This document shows positions 10,059 to 18,989 of a DNA stretch of 64,000 nucleotides, in pieces. Origin of the DNA: an uncultured Candidatus Binatia bacterium (lineage in GTDB: Bacteria; Desulfobacterota; Binatia; UBA9968; JAJDTQ01); NCBI GenBank assembly GCA_965215605.1, contig OZ244070.1:832001-896000 (forward strand), written 5' to 3'. Under the pieces are notes generated by a model. It did no database searches and had not been told where the DNA came from. It worked only from the letters and a program-made list of their open reading frames with translations. Numbering within the stretch: position 1 is the first letter of the stretch; every line of letters begins with the position of its first letter. The position numbers and the translations under genes were made by a program.

Positions 10059-10772
10059 ATGAACGACAAACGATTTTCCATCGCCGCCGCCGCAGTGGTC
10101 TGCGCGTTCCTTTTGGCGGGCGGGTCCGGCTCGGGACGCGCGCAGGGAACGCCCAAGGACCTGGCGCGGGAGATGGTGGATCAGGTGCTGCGCGGGGCCG
10201 GGCCGCACCGCCGCCGCAACCTGGAAAGCTGGTCGCGTTCGGTGATCGAGCGCGCGCTGGAACGCACGGGGCGGAAGGCCTCCGGCGGGTCCGCTCCCCT
10301 CCCGGCCGAGGGTCATGCGGGCCGCTTGCCGGCGAGCCTTTCCCGCCGCGCCGGAGGTCCCGAGGTGATCGTCTTCATGAGCCTTTCAGCGCCCGCGGCG
10401 AGCTGGCGGCAGTGGAGCCGGGAGGCCGCGCGCACCGGCGCGCCGCTGGTGCTGCGCGGGGTTGGTCCGGACGGGCTTCAGGCCACGGTGAAGCGCATCG
10501 GCGCGCGCCTGGACCGCGGCGGCGCTGCCGCCATCGATCCGCGCCTGTTCCGTCTGTTCCGCGTCTCGGTGATTCCCGCGGTCGTGGTGGTTCCCGGCGG
10601 GGTCCCGCCGTGCGAGAGCCGGGGCTGCCTTTCGGACGCGGTCCCGCCCCACGACCGGATCGCCGGGAACATCGGCCTCGGGGCCGCGCTCGAAGCCATC
10701 GTTGCCGAGGGCGGACCCGGCCGCGCGGCCGCCGCCCGCCATCTGGCGAAGCTGAGAGGGAGTCTTCCATGA
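10059..10772 (+). CDS. trbC: TrbC F-type pilin assembly protein
   Basis: VFMSLS.P, LVLRG, IDPRLF...V..IPA, D.I.GN. Confidence 0.9.
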   Translation: MNDKRFSIAAAAVVCAFLLAGGSGSGRAQGTPKDLAREMVDQVLRGAGPHRRRNLESWSRSVIERALERTGRKASGGSAPLPAEGHAGRLPASLSRRAGGPEVIVFMSLSAPAASWRQWSREAARTGAPLVLRGVGPDGLQATVKRIGARLDRGGAAAIDPRLFRLFRVSVIPAVVVVPGGVPPCESRGCLSDAVPPHDRIAGNIGLGAALEAIVAEGGPGRAAAARHLAKLRGSLP

Positions 10773-11845
10773 AACGCCCCTGGGGAATGAAGGCAACCAT
10801 CGCAAGCATTCTTCTGGCGGGGCAACTCGCCGCTGTCGGCGCCGGCGCGGAAGACCCCAAGGCCGCGGCGCGCGCCGTGGGACAGGCGGGAGGGGCCCGG
10901 GCGGGCGCCGTTGCGAGGGACCCGGGCTCCGCCGCGCGCGTGCCGGGCTACGCGGGCACGAATCCGCCCGAAAGGGGCATCGGCGCCGGCGAGCTGGAAA
11001 CGGCCGCCGCGCGGGCGCTGGCCGATCCCTCCGATCCCGGCGGCAGGGCCGGGCGGGCGGTGATCGAGGGCTCGGCCCTGCGTCCGGCGGCGAAGGTCGA
11101 GCCGGACGATCCGATGGTGCGGCGCGGGGACGGAATCGAGGCCGGCGCGCAATCGCCGGCATGGCGGGCGGACGGGCTCGCTTCGGGCTCGGTCGCGGCT
11201 TGCGGGGCCGGGGTGGAGGCCGCCGGGTCGGGCGGGGGATGCGGGTCCGTGTCGTGGTGCGTGGGGGCGGATTGCCAGACCGCGGAGCCGCAGGCCAACA
11301 CGGGGTTCGTGGAGTCGACGGCGCGGCTCAACATGGCGCTTGAGCTGGGCGGCGAGGAGTTCGACCGCGAGAACCTCCGGTTCTTCAACGGCGATCGGCG
11401 CTCGTGCCGCATCCGCTGGGGAGGGCTCGCCAACTGCTGCAAGGACTCGGGCGTGCTGGTGGGCCTCGGGAACTGCACGGAGGCGGAGCGGCTCCTGGCC
11501 GAGGAGCGCCACGCCGGCAACACGCACTACCTGGGGAAGCGTTGCACAAGGCGCGTCTTCGGGGTGTGCACGCGCCGGGAGCGTTCCTGGTGCGTGTTCG
11601 GCTCGAAGCTCGGACGGATCCTCCAGCAAGCGGCCCGGAGCCAGCTCGGGATCGGCTGGGGAAACTGCCGGGGCTTCACGGTCGCGGAGATGGAGCGCAT
11701 CGACTTCGAGGCGGTGGACCTCTCGGAGTTCGCCGAGGACCTTGTGGACGGGTCGCGCGAGCCGTCCATCGACCTCCCGGAAGCGGACCGGGCGGGCGCG
11801 GTGATGCGTGCGCGCATCGAGGACTTCTACGGGAGGACCAAGTGA
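10769..11845 (+). CDS. traN: Mating-pair stabilisation protein TraN (short form, about 358 aa)
   Basis: Cys-rich C-terminus NCC, HYLG.C, CVF.SKL.RI.Q..AR.QL, CRGFT..E...IDF..VDLSEF. Confidence 0.9.
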   Translation: MKRPWGMKATIASILLAGQLAAVGAGAEDPKAAARAVGQAGGARAGAVARDPGSAARVPGYAGTNPPERGIGAGELETAAARALADPSDPGGRAGRAVIEGSALRPAAKVEPDDPMVRRGDGIEAGAQSPAWRADGLASGSVAACGAGVEAAGSGGGCGSVSWCVGADCQTAEPQANTGFVESTARLNMALELGGEEFDRENLRFFNGDRRSCRIRWGGLANCCKDSGVLVGLGNCTEAERLLAEERHAGNTHYLGKRCTRRVFGVCTRRERSWCVFGSKLGRILQQAARSQLGIGWGNCRGFTVAEMERIDFEAVDLSEFAEDLVDGSREPSIDLPEADRAGAVMRARIEDFYGRTK

Positions 11846-12678
11846 CGGGCGCGGCCGTGAACGGGGCATTGGCGGGGGCCCTCGCCTGCGTCCTGGGGGC
11901 GGGGGCGGCGTTGCCCGCGGACGCGCGGGAATGGCGGCCGTGGTGCGGTCCGCGGGAAGGCGTGGAAGAAGGCCCATCCCGGTCCCTCGGCTGGCATTTC
12001 TACTGCGACCGGGACAGGGAGGAGCCGGAGGACGGCGCTTCGATGCCCGAGTCCCCGCCCGTCCGGCCCGGGAGCGCGATGGAGCGGGTTCTCGAAATGC
12101 GCCGGAACCTGGAGGAGGCCCGGGCCAGGGCCGTCCTCGATCCGGGCGCGGAGAACGTTTCGGCCTACCTCCGGCTTCAACAGGAAACCCTTCAGCGGGC
12201 CGCGTCCTTCTCGGACGCGTTCCGCCGCACGGTGTGGGGAAACCCGGAACTCGACTACACGCTCAGGCGTCCGGTGGGCGCGCTCGCCAAGAGGCTCTGG
12301 TCGGACGAACGGCGCGCCGAGCGCGCCGCGGCGCTGGCCCGGCTGGGCGAGCGCTACGGTCTCATCTACCTCGGCAGTGCGCAATGTCCGGGATGCCGCG
12401 TATTCGGCCCGCTGCTGCGCGCCTTCGCGCTCCGCTACGGGCTGGACGTGCTTGCGGTGTCGCTTACCGGCGAGCCGCTCGAAGGCTGGCCCGAGGCGTC
12501 GCCGGACCATGGGCGCGCGGCGCGGCTGGGGCTCGGGACCCGGGTCGTCCCGGCCGTGTTCCTCTACGACACGCAAAGGTCGAAGGCGCTGGCGGTGTCG
12601 TTCGGGGTGGTGGCCGAGGACCAGCTCGCCGAGCGCATCTTCGCGCTCACCGCGCGGGAGGTGGGAAGTGACTATTAG
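11842..12678 (+). CDS. traF: TraF thioredoxin-like pilus assembly protein
   Basis: GWHFYC, A...P..ENV..Y...Q, CPGC, VPA.FL. Confidence 0.92.
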   Translation: MTGAAVNGALAGALACVLGAGAALPADAREWRPWCGPREGVEEGPSRSLGWHFYCDRDREEPEDGASMPESPPVRPGSAMERVLEMRRNLEEARARAVLDPGAENVSAYLRLQQETLQRAASFSDAFRRTVWGNPELDYTLRRPVGALAKRLWSDERRAERAAALARLGERYGLIYLGSAQCPGCRVFGPLLRAFALRYGLDVLAVSLTGEPLEGWPEASPDHGRAARLGLGTRVVPAVFLYDTQRSKALAVSFGVVAEDQLAERIFALTAREVGSDY

Positions 12679-14080
12679 ACGCAGACTCGCGGCGGCGCTG
12701 ACGGCGTTGGGACTCGGCCTCGCGCCGTCCGCCCATGCGGACGTCCTCTCGGAGATGGAGAACTTCTGGAGGGGCGCGGCGGTGAACACCACCGGGCCGA
12801 CCGCGTTCGACGGCCAGGCCTCCGGCCACTGGACCCTCGGCAACCTCTACCTTCGCGCGCCGGTGCGCCAGGAGTCCATCGCGACGGTGAGCCTGCCGTC
12901 GTTCCGCGCGGGCTGCGGCGGCATCGACGCGTTCGCGGGGTCGTTCTCGTTCATCGACTCCGACCAGTTGATCGCCTTCGGCCGCGCCGTGGCCCAGAAC
13001 GCCGCGGGCTTCGCCTTCGAGCTGGCCCTGGAGACCATCTCGCCGGTGATCGCCGAGACCATGTCCAAGCTCCGGGCCCTGGCCCAGTGGGTGAACAACC
13101 AGAACCTCGACTCCTGCGAGACCGCGCAGGCCCTGGTGGGGGCGGTGTGGTCGCGGAACGACCGGGCGAGCGCGGCCATCTGCGCGGCGGTGGGCGCGCG
13201 GCAGGGGATCTTCTCGGACTACGCCGCCGCCCGCCACGGCTGCGGCGCGGACGGCAAGCGGAACTCGACCCTGGCCGCCGCCTCGGGGCCGCTCAAGGAA
13301 CAGGTCCCGGTGAACGTCAACTACGGCTGGCGCGCGGTGAAGGCGTCGAGCTTCCTGGGCGCGGACCGGGACCTGGGGGAGTTCGCCATGACGGTCTCCG
13401 GGACCGTGATCGTCACCGCGCCGGTCTCGGACGGCGACGCTTCGGGCCCGCGGGTGCGAATCCTGGAGCCTCTGGCGCTGGACCGCCGGGTGACCGAGGT
13501 CCTGATGGAGGGCGGCGGGGAGCTTCCGGTCTACCGCTGCGACACCGCCACGGACTGCCTGAACCCCGCCCTGGGGCGGCTTTCGGTGCCCGCGGGACGG
13601 GGCTTCCGGAACCGGGTGGCGGACCTGCTGAGGCGTCTCATCGAGGCGGTGCGCACGGACACGGCGCCGCCGGCCGACGCCCTGGGGCTCGTGAACCTCA
13701 CCACCCTGCCGGTCTACCGGATCGTGAACACGGCCGCGGCCTACCGCGGCGCGGTGGTGGAGCAGGAGGTGGACTCCCTGGCCGAGGCCGTGGCTCTGGA
13801 CGTGCTCCAGGTGTGGATCTCGGACCTTCACCGGACGGTGGAGGAGCGCGCGGGCGCCCTTGACATCGCCGACGGCGACCAACTGGAGCGCTGGCGGGAG
13901 GGGCTTCGCCGGAACCGGGCGGCGCTGGCGCGCCACCGCCACGAGGGGCTCCAGCGGTTCAACACCGCTCTGGCCGTGGTGGAGAAGCTGAGGCTCATCG
14001 AGACCGAACTCGCCGGAGCGCTCTCCGCCGACCTCCGCGCCGCGCTCGCCTTCTCCCGCGGCGCCGCGGGGTCCCGTTAG
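12668..14080 (+). CDS. traH: TraH
   Basis: N.T.P.AF.GQ..G..T.G, PS.RAGCGGID.F.GSFSFI, SCETAQ. Confidence 0.95.
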   Translation: MTIRRRLAAALTALGLGLAPSAHADVLSEMENFWRGAAVNTTGPTAFDGQASGHWTLGNLYLRAPVRQESIATVSLPSFRAGCGGIDAFAGSFSFIDSDQLIAFGRAVAQNAAGFAFELALETISPVIAETMSKLRALAQWVNNQNLDSCETAQALVGAVWSRNDRASAAICAAVGARQGIFSDYAAARHGCGADGKRNSTLAAASGPLKEQVPVNVNYGWRAVKASSFLGADRDLGEFAMTVSGTVIVTAPVSDGDASGPRVRILEPLALDRRVTEVLMEGGGELPVYRCDTATDCLNPALGRLSVPAGRGFRNRVADLLRRLIEAVRTDTAPPADALGLVNLTTLPVYRIVNTAAAYRGAVVEQEVDSLAEAVALDVLQVWISDLHRTVEERAGALDIADGDQLERWREGLRRNRAALARHRHEGLQRFNTALAVVEKLRLIETELAGALSADLRAALAFSRGAAGSR

Positions 14081-14113
14081 AGCCGGGCGCAGAGGCGTTC
14101 AGGAAAGGCGGCC

Positions 14114-16975
14114 GTGTACGAACTCTTCACCCTGGGGGGCGGAACCTACCTGGTGGACCTCCTGAACGCGGTCGCCGCCATCACCGGCGGGGGGGCCTTC
14201 GTGACGCTGGCGCAGTTGGCGGGCGTGGCCGGCCTTGCCTGGGCGCTCTTCCGCACGGCCTTCGGCGGCTCGTGGAAGGACAACGCCAGATGGCTGCTGC
14301 TCTTCATGACGGTGTGGGGCGCCATGGTGGCGCCCAAGACCACGGTCCGGGTGGTGGACCGGCTCGACCCGGCGCTGGCCCCGGCCGTGGTCGCCAACGT
14401 CCCCATCGGCCTGGCGCTCTTCGCGGCTCTCACCAGCCAGGTGGGCGACGGGCTCACGCGGCTCACCGAGCAGGCCTTCTCGCTTCCCAACGACCTCACC
14501 TACCGCCGCCACGGGCTGATCTTCGGCGCGCGGCTCGCGGCCGAGGCCACGCGCATGGAGGTCACCGACGCGGTGTTCGCCCGGAACCTCCGGGCCTACG
14601 CGCGCCAATGCGTGTTCCACGCGCTCCTTCTGGGCCACATCTCGGCGGACGATCTCCGGGAGAGCACGGACATCTGGGGGCTGGTCACGGCCACGGGCTC
14701 GCCGTCGGCCGGAGCGTCGCCCGCGCGCATGGTCGAGTACGCGACCCGCGGCGCTCCGTCGGGCACGGGCGCCACCCCGGTGGACCGGGTCATCGTCACC
14801 TGCGCCGAGGCCGCGGCGCGGCTGAACGCGCTGTGGGCGGCGGAAATCGCCCGGGCGTCGGGCATCTTCGGGCGTCGGCTCTTTCCCGGAGCGCGGACCG
14901 AGGCCCTGGCCCGGGCCGAACTCATGGCGGCGCTGCCCGCGGCCCACGGCTACCTGATCGGCGCCTCGCGGAGCGCGGCCGAGATCCTCCGCCAGCAGAT
15001 GGTGCTGAACGCCGTCCACGACGCCGGCGAGCAGTGGGCGTCCGAGGCCGGCAACGCCGCCGCGCTCCGGTCCTACACCGAAGCCCGGGCCGAGACCCAG
15101 ACCGTCTCCGCCTACCGGGCCATCGGCCGACAGGCCGAGACCTGGGTGCCCATGCTCCGCATCGTGTTCGAGTGCCTCTACGTGGGCGCCTTCCCCATGG
15201 CCGTGCTGCTCATGCTCACACCGGCGGGGGCGGGCATCGTCCGTTCCTACTTCTCCGGGCTCGTGTGGCTTCAGAGCTGGGGGCCGCTCTACGCCATCCT
15301 CCACCGCATCGCCATGGGCGAGGCGGCCGAGCGCATGAGCGCGGGGGCGCTCATGCCCGGAGGCGACATCGGCGTGTCGCTCGTGGCCCAGGCCGGGATA
15401 CAGGCGGTGGCCGCGGACGTGGCCGTCATGTCGGGCTACCTGTCGATGTCGGTGCCGTTCCTGGCCGCGGGGCTGGCCTACGGCGTGGGACGGGCCACCG
15501 CGCTGGCCACCTCGGTGCTCGCCGTGGGCCAGGAAGCGGCGTCCTCGGCGGCGCAGGAGGGCACCACGGGGAACGTGTCGCTTGCCAACACCGCGTCCGA
15601 CACCCACCGCTTCGCGAGTGTCGAGGGAAACCAGCTCCGCACCTCCCCGCACGTCGACACCGGCCGCTACACCGGGTTCGCCCCCGGGGGCGCGGGCTTC
15701 ACCGTGACCGGGGACGGCACCGCGGTGGTGGACGCCGGCTCCGCCACGAGCCGGATTCCGGCGGCCGGGATAAGGCTCTCGGAGTCCCTTGCGGCGAGCC
15801 ACGAGAACCGGGCCGGGGCCGCCCAGGAGCAGGCCCGGCACTGGTCGGCCGAGGCCGCGCAGGCGCGCACCGCGGCCGCCACCGATTCCGCGGCCATGGT
15901 GGAGCGGTTCTCCCGCGACGTCAACACCGGCGTCGCGCATTCGAGGGGCGTGACCGAAAGCGAGGGCCGGACGGTCCAGACCCTCGAGTCCCACTTCGAG
16001 AGGCTGTCCGAGGCGGGCGGCATCACCAGGGAGCAGGCCGCGGCCCTCACGAGCGAGGCCCGGGCCGGCGGGGGCTTCAACTTCATCGTGAAGGCAGGCG
16101 CGGACGGGTCGGTGAACTGGCGCAAGCAGACCTTCAGCCGGGAAGCCTGGAACCGGATGACGGACTACGCCGAGCAGAACAACCTGCTGGACCTCTGGTC
16201 CCGGGCCGCGGAGGCGTCGAGGCGCTACTCCACGGCGTCGGGCGAGAGCGAGCTCAAGAGCCTGGAGGAGAGCTTCGGCGCCAATCTGACGCGCATGCGC
16301 CGCTACGGCGAGCAGGAGACCCTGAGCCGCCGCGAGGCCGAGAGCTGGAGCCGGCAGGCGGCCGAGGTGCGGAGCGAGGCCCAAGCCATCGACCGGGAAC
16401 TCGGCCAGCCCTTCTTCGCCTGGCTCGCCGCGCGCACGGGCGCGGACGGACGCGGGATCGGCGTGGCGGGCGCGGCGCGCCTGGCCTCCCCCCAGACCCC
16501 GGAGGACGCCGAGGAGCTGCGCGCCCACGCCGCGGCCTTCATCTCGGAGCGGTTCCCCGCGCCCAGGGGGCCGGACCCCGCGTCCGCGCCGGATATGGAG
16601 GACTTCGAGCGGAACCGCGAAGAGCTGCGGGAGTTGCGGCGGCCCGCGCCCGCGGAGGCCTGGGCGGAATGGTCGGGCTGGGCCCGGGACCACGGCCGCG
16701 GCCACGGGACGCACCCGCGGGGAAGCGTCGGGACGCGGGCGGAGCGCGTGCGCGCCGAGACCGACACCGAACTGGACATCCGCGGGGCGGAACGCGAGGC
16801 GCGGAGCGGGGCCGCGGACGAGCGGAACGAGGAAGGCCGCGCCAGGGTGGCCGCGGAAACCGATCAGCCCTTCGGGGAGCACGCCGCGGAGTCGGTTCCG
16901 CTCGTGGGCGAGTGGCTGGGCGGCAAGCTGTACGGCACGGCCCGGAACGCGCCGCCCGGTCAGTCCGGGAAGTAG
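14114..16975 (+). CDS. traG: TraG mating-pair stabilisation/inner-membrane protein
   Basis: ELFT.GGG.YL...LNAVA, VANVP.GLA, WLQSWGPLYAIL; several TM segments. Confidence 0.93.
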   Translation: MYELFTLGGGTYLVDLLNAVAAITGGGAFVTLAQLAGVAGLAWALFRTAFGGSWKDNARWLLLFMTVWGAMVAPKTTVRVVDRLDPALAPAVVANVPIGLALFAALTSQVGDGLTRLTEQAFSLPNDLTYRRHGLIFGARLAAEATRMEVTDAVFARNLRAYARQCVFHALLLGHISADDLRESTDIWGLVTATGSPSAGASPARMVEYATRGAPSGTGATPVDRVIVTCAEAAARLNALWAAEIARASGIFGRRLFPGARTEALARAELMAALPAAHGYLIGASRSAAEILRQQMVLNAVHDAGEQWASEAGNAAALRSYTEARAETQTVSAYRAIGRQAETWVPMLRIVFECLYVGAFPMAVLLMLTPAGAGIVRSYFSGLVWLQSWGPLYAILHRIAMGEAAERMSAGALMPGGDIGVSLVAQAGIQAVAADVAVMSGYLSMSVPFLAAGLAYGVGRATALATSVLAVGQEAASSAAQEGTTGNVSLANTASDTHRFASVEGNQLRTSPHVDTGRYTGFAPGGAGFTVTGDGTAVVDAGSATSRIPAAGIRLSESLAASHENRAGAAQEQARHWSAEAAQARTAAATDSAAMVERFSRDVNTGVAHSRGVTESEGRTVQTLESHFERLSEAGGITREQAAALTSEARAGGGFNFIVKAGADGSVNWRKQTFSREAWNRMTDYAEQNNLLDLWSRAAEASRRYSTASGESELKSLEESFGANLTRMRRYGEQETLSRREAESWSRQAAEVRSEAQAIDRELGQPFFAWLAARTGADGRGIGVAGAARLASPQTPEDAEELRAHAAAFISERFPAPRGPDPASAPDMEDFERNREELRELRRPAPAEAWAEWSGWARDHGRGHGTHPRGSVGTRAERVRAETDTELDIRGAEREARSGAADERNEEGRARVAAETDQPFGEHAAESVPLVGEWLGGKLYGTARNAPPGQSGK

Positions 16976-17014
16976 GCGTCCGGCGGTCCCTCGCGGCGGA
17001 AGGAGGATACGGTC

Positions 17015-18988
17015 ATGTTCGGCAAGGCGACGCTCAGGGGAGGCCAGACCCTGCTCCACGACGTGCACATGTGGGGGCAACTGGTGCGCTGGGAGATCCT
17101 GGGCTTCATGGCGGTGGTGGTTCTTCTCCCCGCGGTGTCGCTCTTCCGCGCCACCACGGCCTACGAGTGGCGCATCGTGGGCATGGGAACCATGGCGGAG
17201 CTCAAGCTGTCCCTCGGGTACGCGCCCCACGCGGGCCAGTTCCACGAGTGGCGCGAAGGCGAGAAGACCGCCACGAAGCTCGTGGACATCGTGGCGGACC
17301 GGAGAATCGAGAGGATACGCAAACGCATCCTCGATACGCTCCGCGCCAGGGCCTGGGCGGGCGCCGGATGGGGCGCGGCCGGGATGGCGCTCTCGACCCT
17401 GGCGTTCTGGATCGCGGGGCGGCGCCTGGCGCGGACCAGGCGCCTGCGCGGCGCGGAGCTCGTGACCGCGGGCCAGCTCCGGAGGCGCGTGCAGCCGTTC
17501 TCCGGGCGCCTGGCCGAGGCCCTGTTCCCGGCCGCGCGGCGGGCTTCCTGCCGCATCGCCGGCATCCCCTGGCCCGAGCGCGCCGAGACCCAGCACACCA
17601 TCGTCTCGGGCACCACGGGCTCGGGCAAGACCGTGCTGATCTCCGACCTGGTGGCCCAGGTCCGGGCGCGGGGCGAGCGCTGCATCGTCTACGACAAGAT
17701 GGGGACGTACACGCGGTCCTTCTTCGATCCCGCCGCCGACGTCCTGATGAATCCCCTCGACGCACGCGCTCCGCGCTGGTCGCCCTTCTACGAGGCCAGG
17801 ACGCCGCGGGACTTCGACATGATGGCAGCCGCCCTGATCCCGCAACAGAAGGACACCGTGGACCCGTTCTGGGTGACCGCCGCAAGGCAGCTCTTCGCCA
17901 ACGGAGCGGGAGTGCTCTGGTCGCAGGGCGAGACCGAGAACCGGAAACTCGTCGAGGACCTGCTCAAGACCGAGCTGTCGGAGTTGGCCCAAGCCATGGA
18001 GGGCACCGTGGCCCAGTCCATCGTGAGCCCCGACAACCCCAAGACCGCGCTCTCGGTGCGCGCCATGCTGACCGCGCACCTGGGCGCCCTGGAGTTCCTG
18101 CCGGACACCGGTACGCCCTTTTCGATCCGCGAGTGGGTCGGCCGGGAGGACGGGACGGGGTTCCTGTTCCTGACCTCCAGGGGAGACCAGCACGCGAGCC
18201 TCCGGGGGCTTATCTCGACCTGGCTCGAGATCGCGGTCAACGCGCTGCTCTCGCTCCACCAGGACGGAGCGCGCCGGATCTGGGTGGTCCTGGACGAGCT
18301 TCCCACCCTCCACCAGGTGCCGAGCCTCCAGCCGGGTCTTGCCGAGTCCAGACAGTTTGGCGGCTGCTTCGTGCTGGGCATCCAGGTGTTCTCGGCCCTC
18401 CGCGACATCTACGGGAAGAACGGCGCGGAGACCATCTCCGGGCTCTGCGGGACGCGGGTGGTGCTGTCCGCGCCCGACCAGGAGACCGCGCAGTGGTCGG
18501 CCGAGAGCCTCGGCCGCGGCGAGGTGGAGGAGTACACCCACGGCATGAGCTACGGCGCCAGCACCATGCGCGACGGGGTCTCGCTGACCCAGCACCGCCA
18601 GTTGCGCCCCCTGGCGCTGCCCTCGGAAATCATGCGGCTCGAGAACCTGCACGGGTTCCTGAAATTCCCCGGCCCCTTCCCGGTCGCCGGGATCAAGCTC
18701 CGGTACGTCGACCGCCCGGCTTCCGCCGAACGGTTCGTGCCGCGGAGGGCCGAGCCGGCCGCGGACCCGGACGCCGGCGGGCCGCCGCCGGAGGTGGAAT
18801 TGAAAGGCGACGATGCGGACCCGGTGGACGAACCGGTGAACGTCGACGGTCAGGCGGCGGCGGTTGAGGCGCCGGAGCCTTGCGGGGACGAGGACCGTGG
18901 CGACAACCGCTCCGGCGCGGACCCGCCGCCTTCAGCGCCGGACCCACCCCCGGCATCGGACTCCTCCCCGGCGCGGGACTGGGCCTGA
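17015..18988 (+). CDS. traD: Type IV coupling protein TraD
   Basis: GTTGSGKT Walker A, NPLD.R..WSPF, LDELPTL, ESRQFGGC.VLGIQ. Confidence 0.95.
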   Translation: MFGKATLRGGQTLLHDVHMWGQLVRWEILGFMAVVVLLPAVSLFRATTAYEWRIVGMGTMAELKLSLGYAPHAGQFHEWREGEKTATKLVDIVADRRIERIRKRILDTLRARAWAGAGWGAAGMALSTLAFWIAGRRLARTRRLRGAELVTAGQLRRRVQPFSGRLAEALFPAARRASCRIAGIPWPERAETQHTIVSGTTGSGKTVLISDLVAQVRARGERCIVYDKMGTYTRSFFDPAADVLMNPLDARAPRWSPFYEARTPRDFDMMAAALIPQQKDTVDPFWVTAARQLFANGAGVLWSQGETENRKLVEDLLKTELSELAQAMEGTVAQSIVSPDNPKTALSVRAMLTAHLGALEFLPDTGTPFSIREWVGREDGTGFLFLTSRGDQHASLRGLISTWLEIAVNALLSLHQDGARRIWVVLDELPTLHQVPSLQPGLAESRQFGGCFVLGIQVFSALRDIYGKNGAETISGLCGTRVVLSAPDQETAQWSAESLGRGEVEEYTHGMSYGASTMRDGVSLTQHRQLRPLALPSEIMRLENLHGFLKFPGPFPVAGIKLRYVDRPASAERFVPRRAEPAADPDAGGPPPEVELKGDDADPVDEPVNVDGQAAAVEAPEPCGDEDRGDNRSGADPPPSAPDPPPASDSSPARDWA

Positions 18989-18989
18989 G

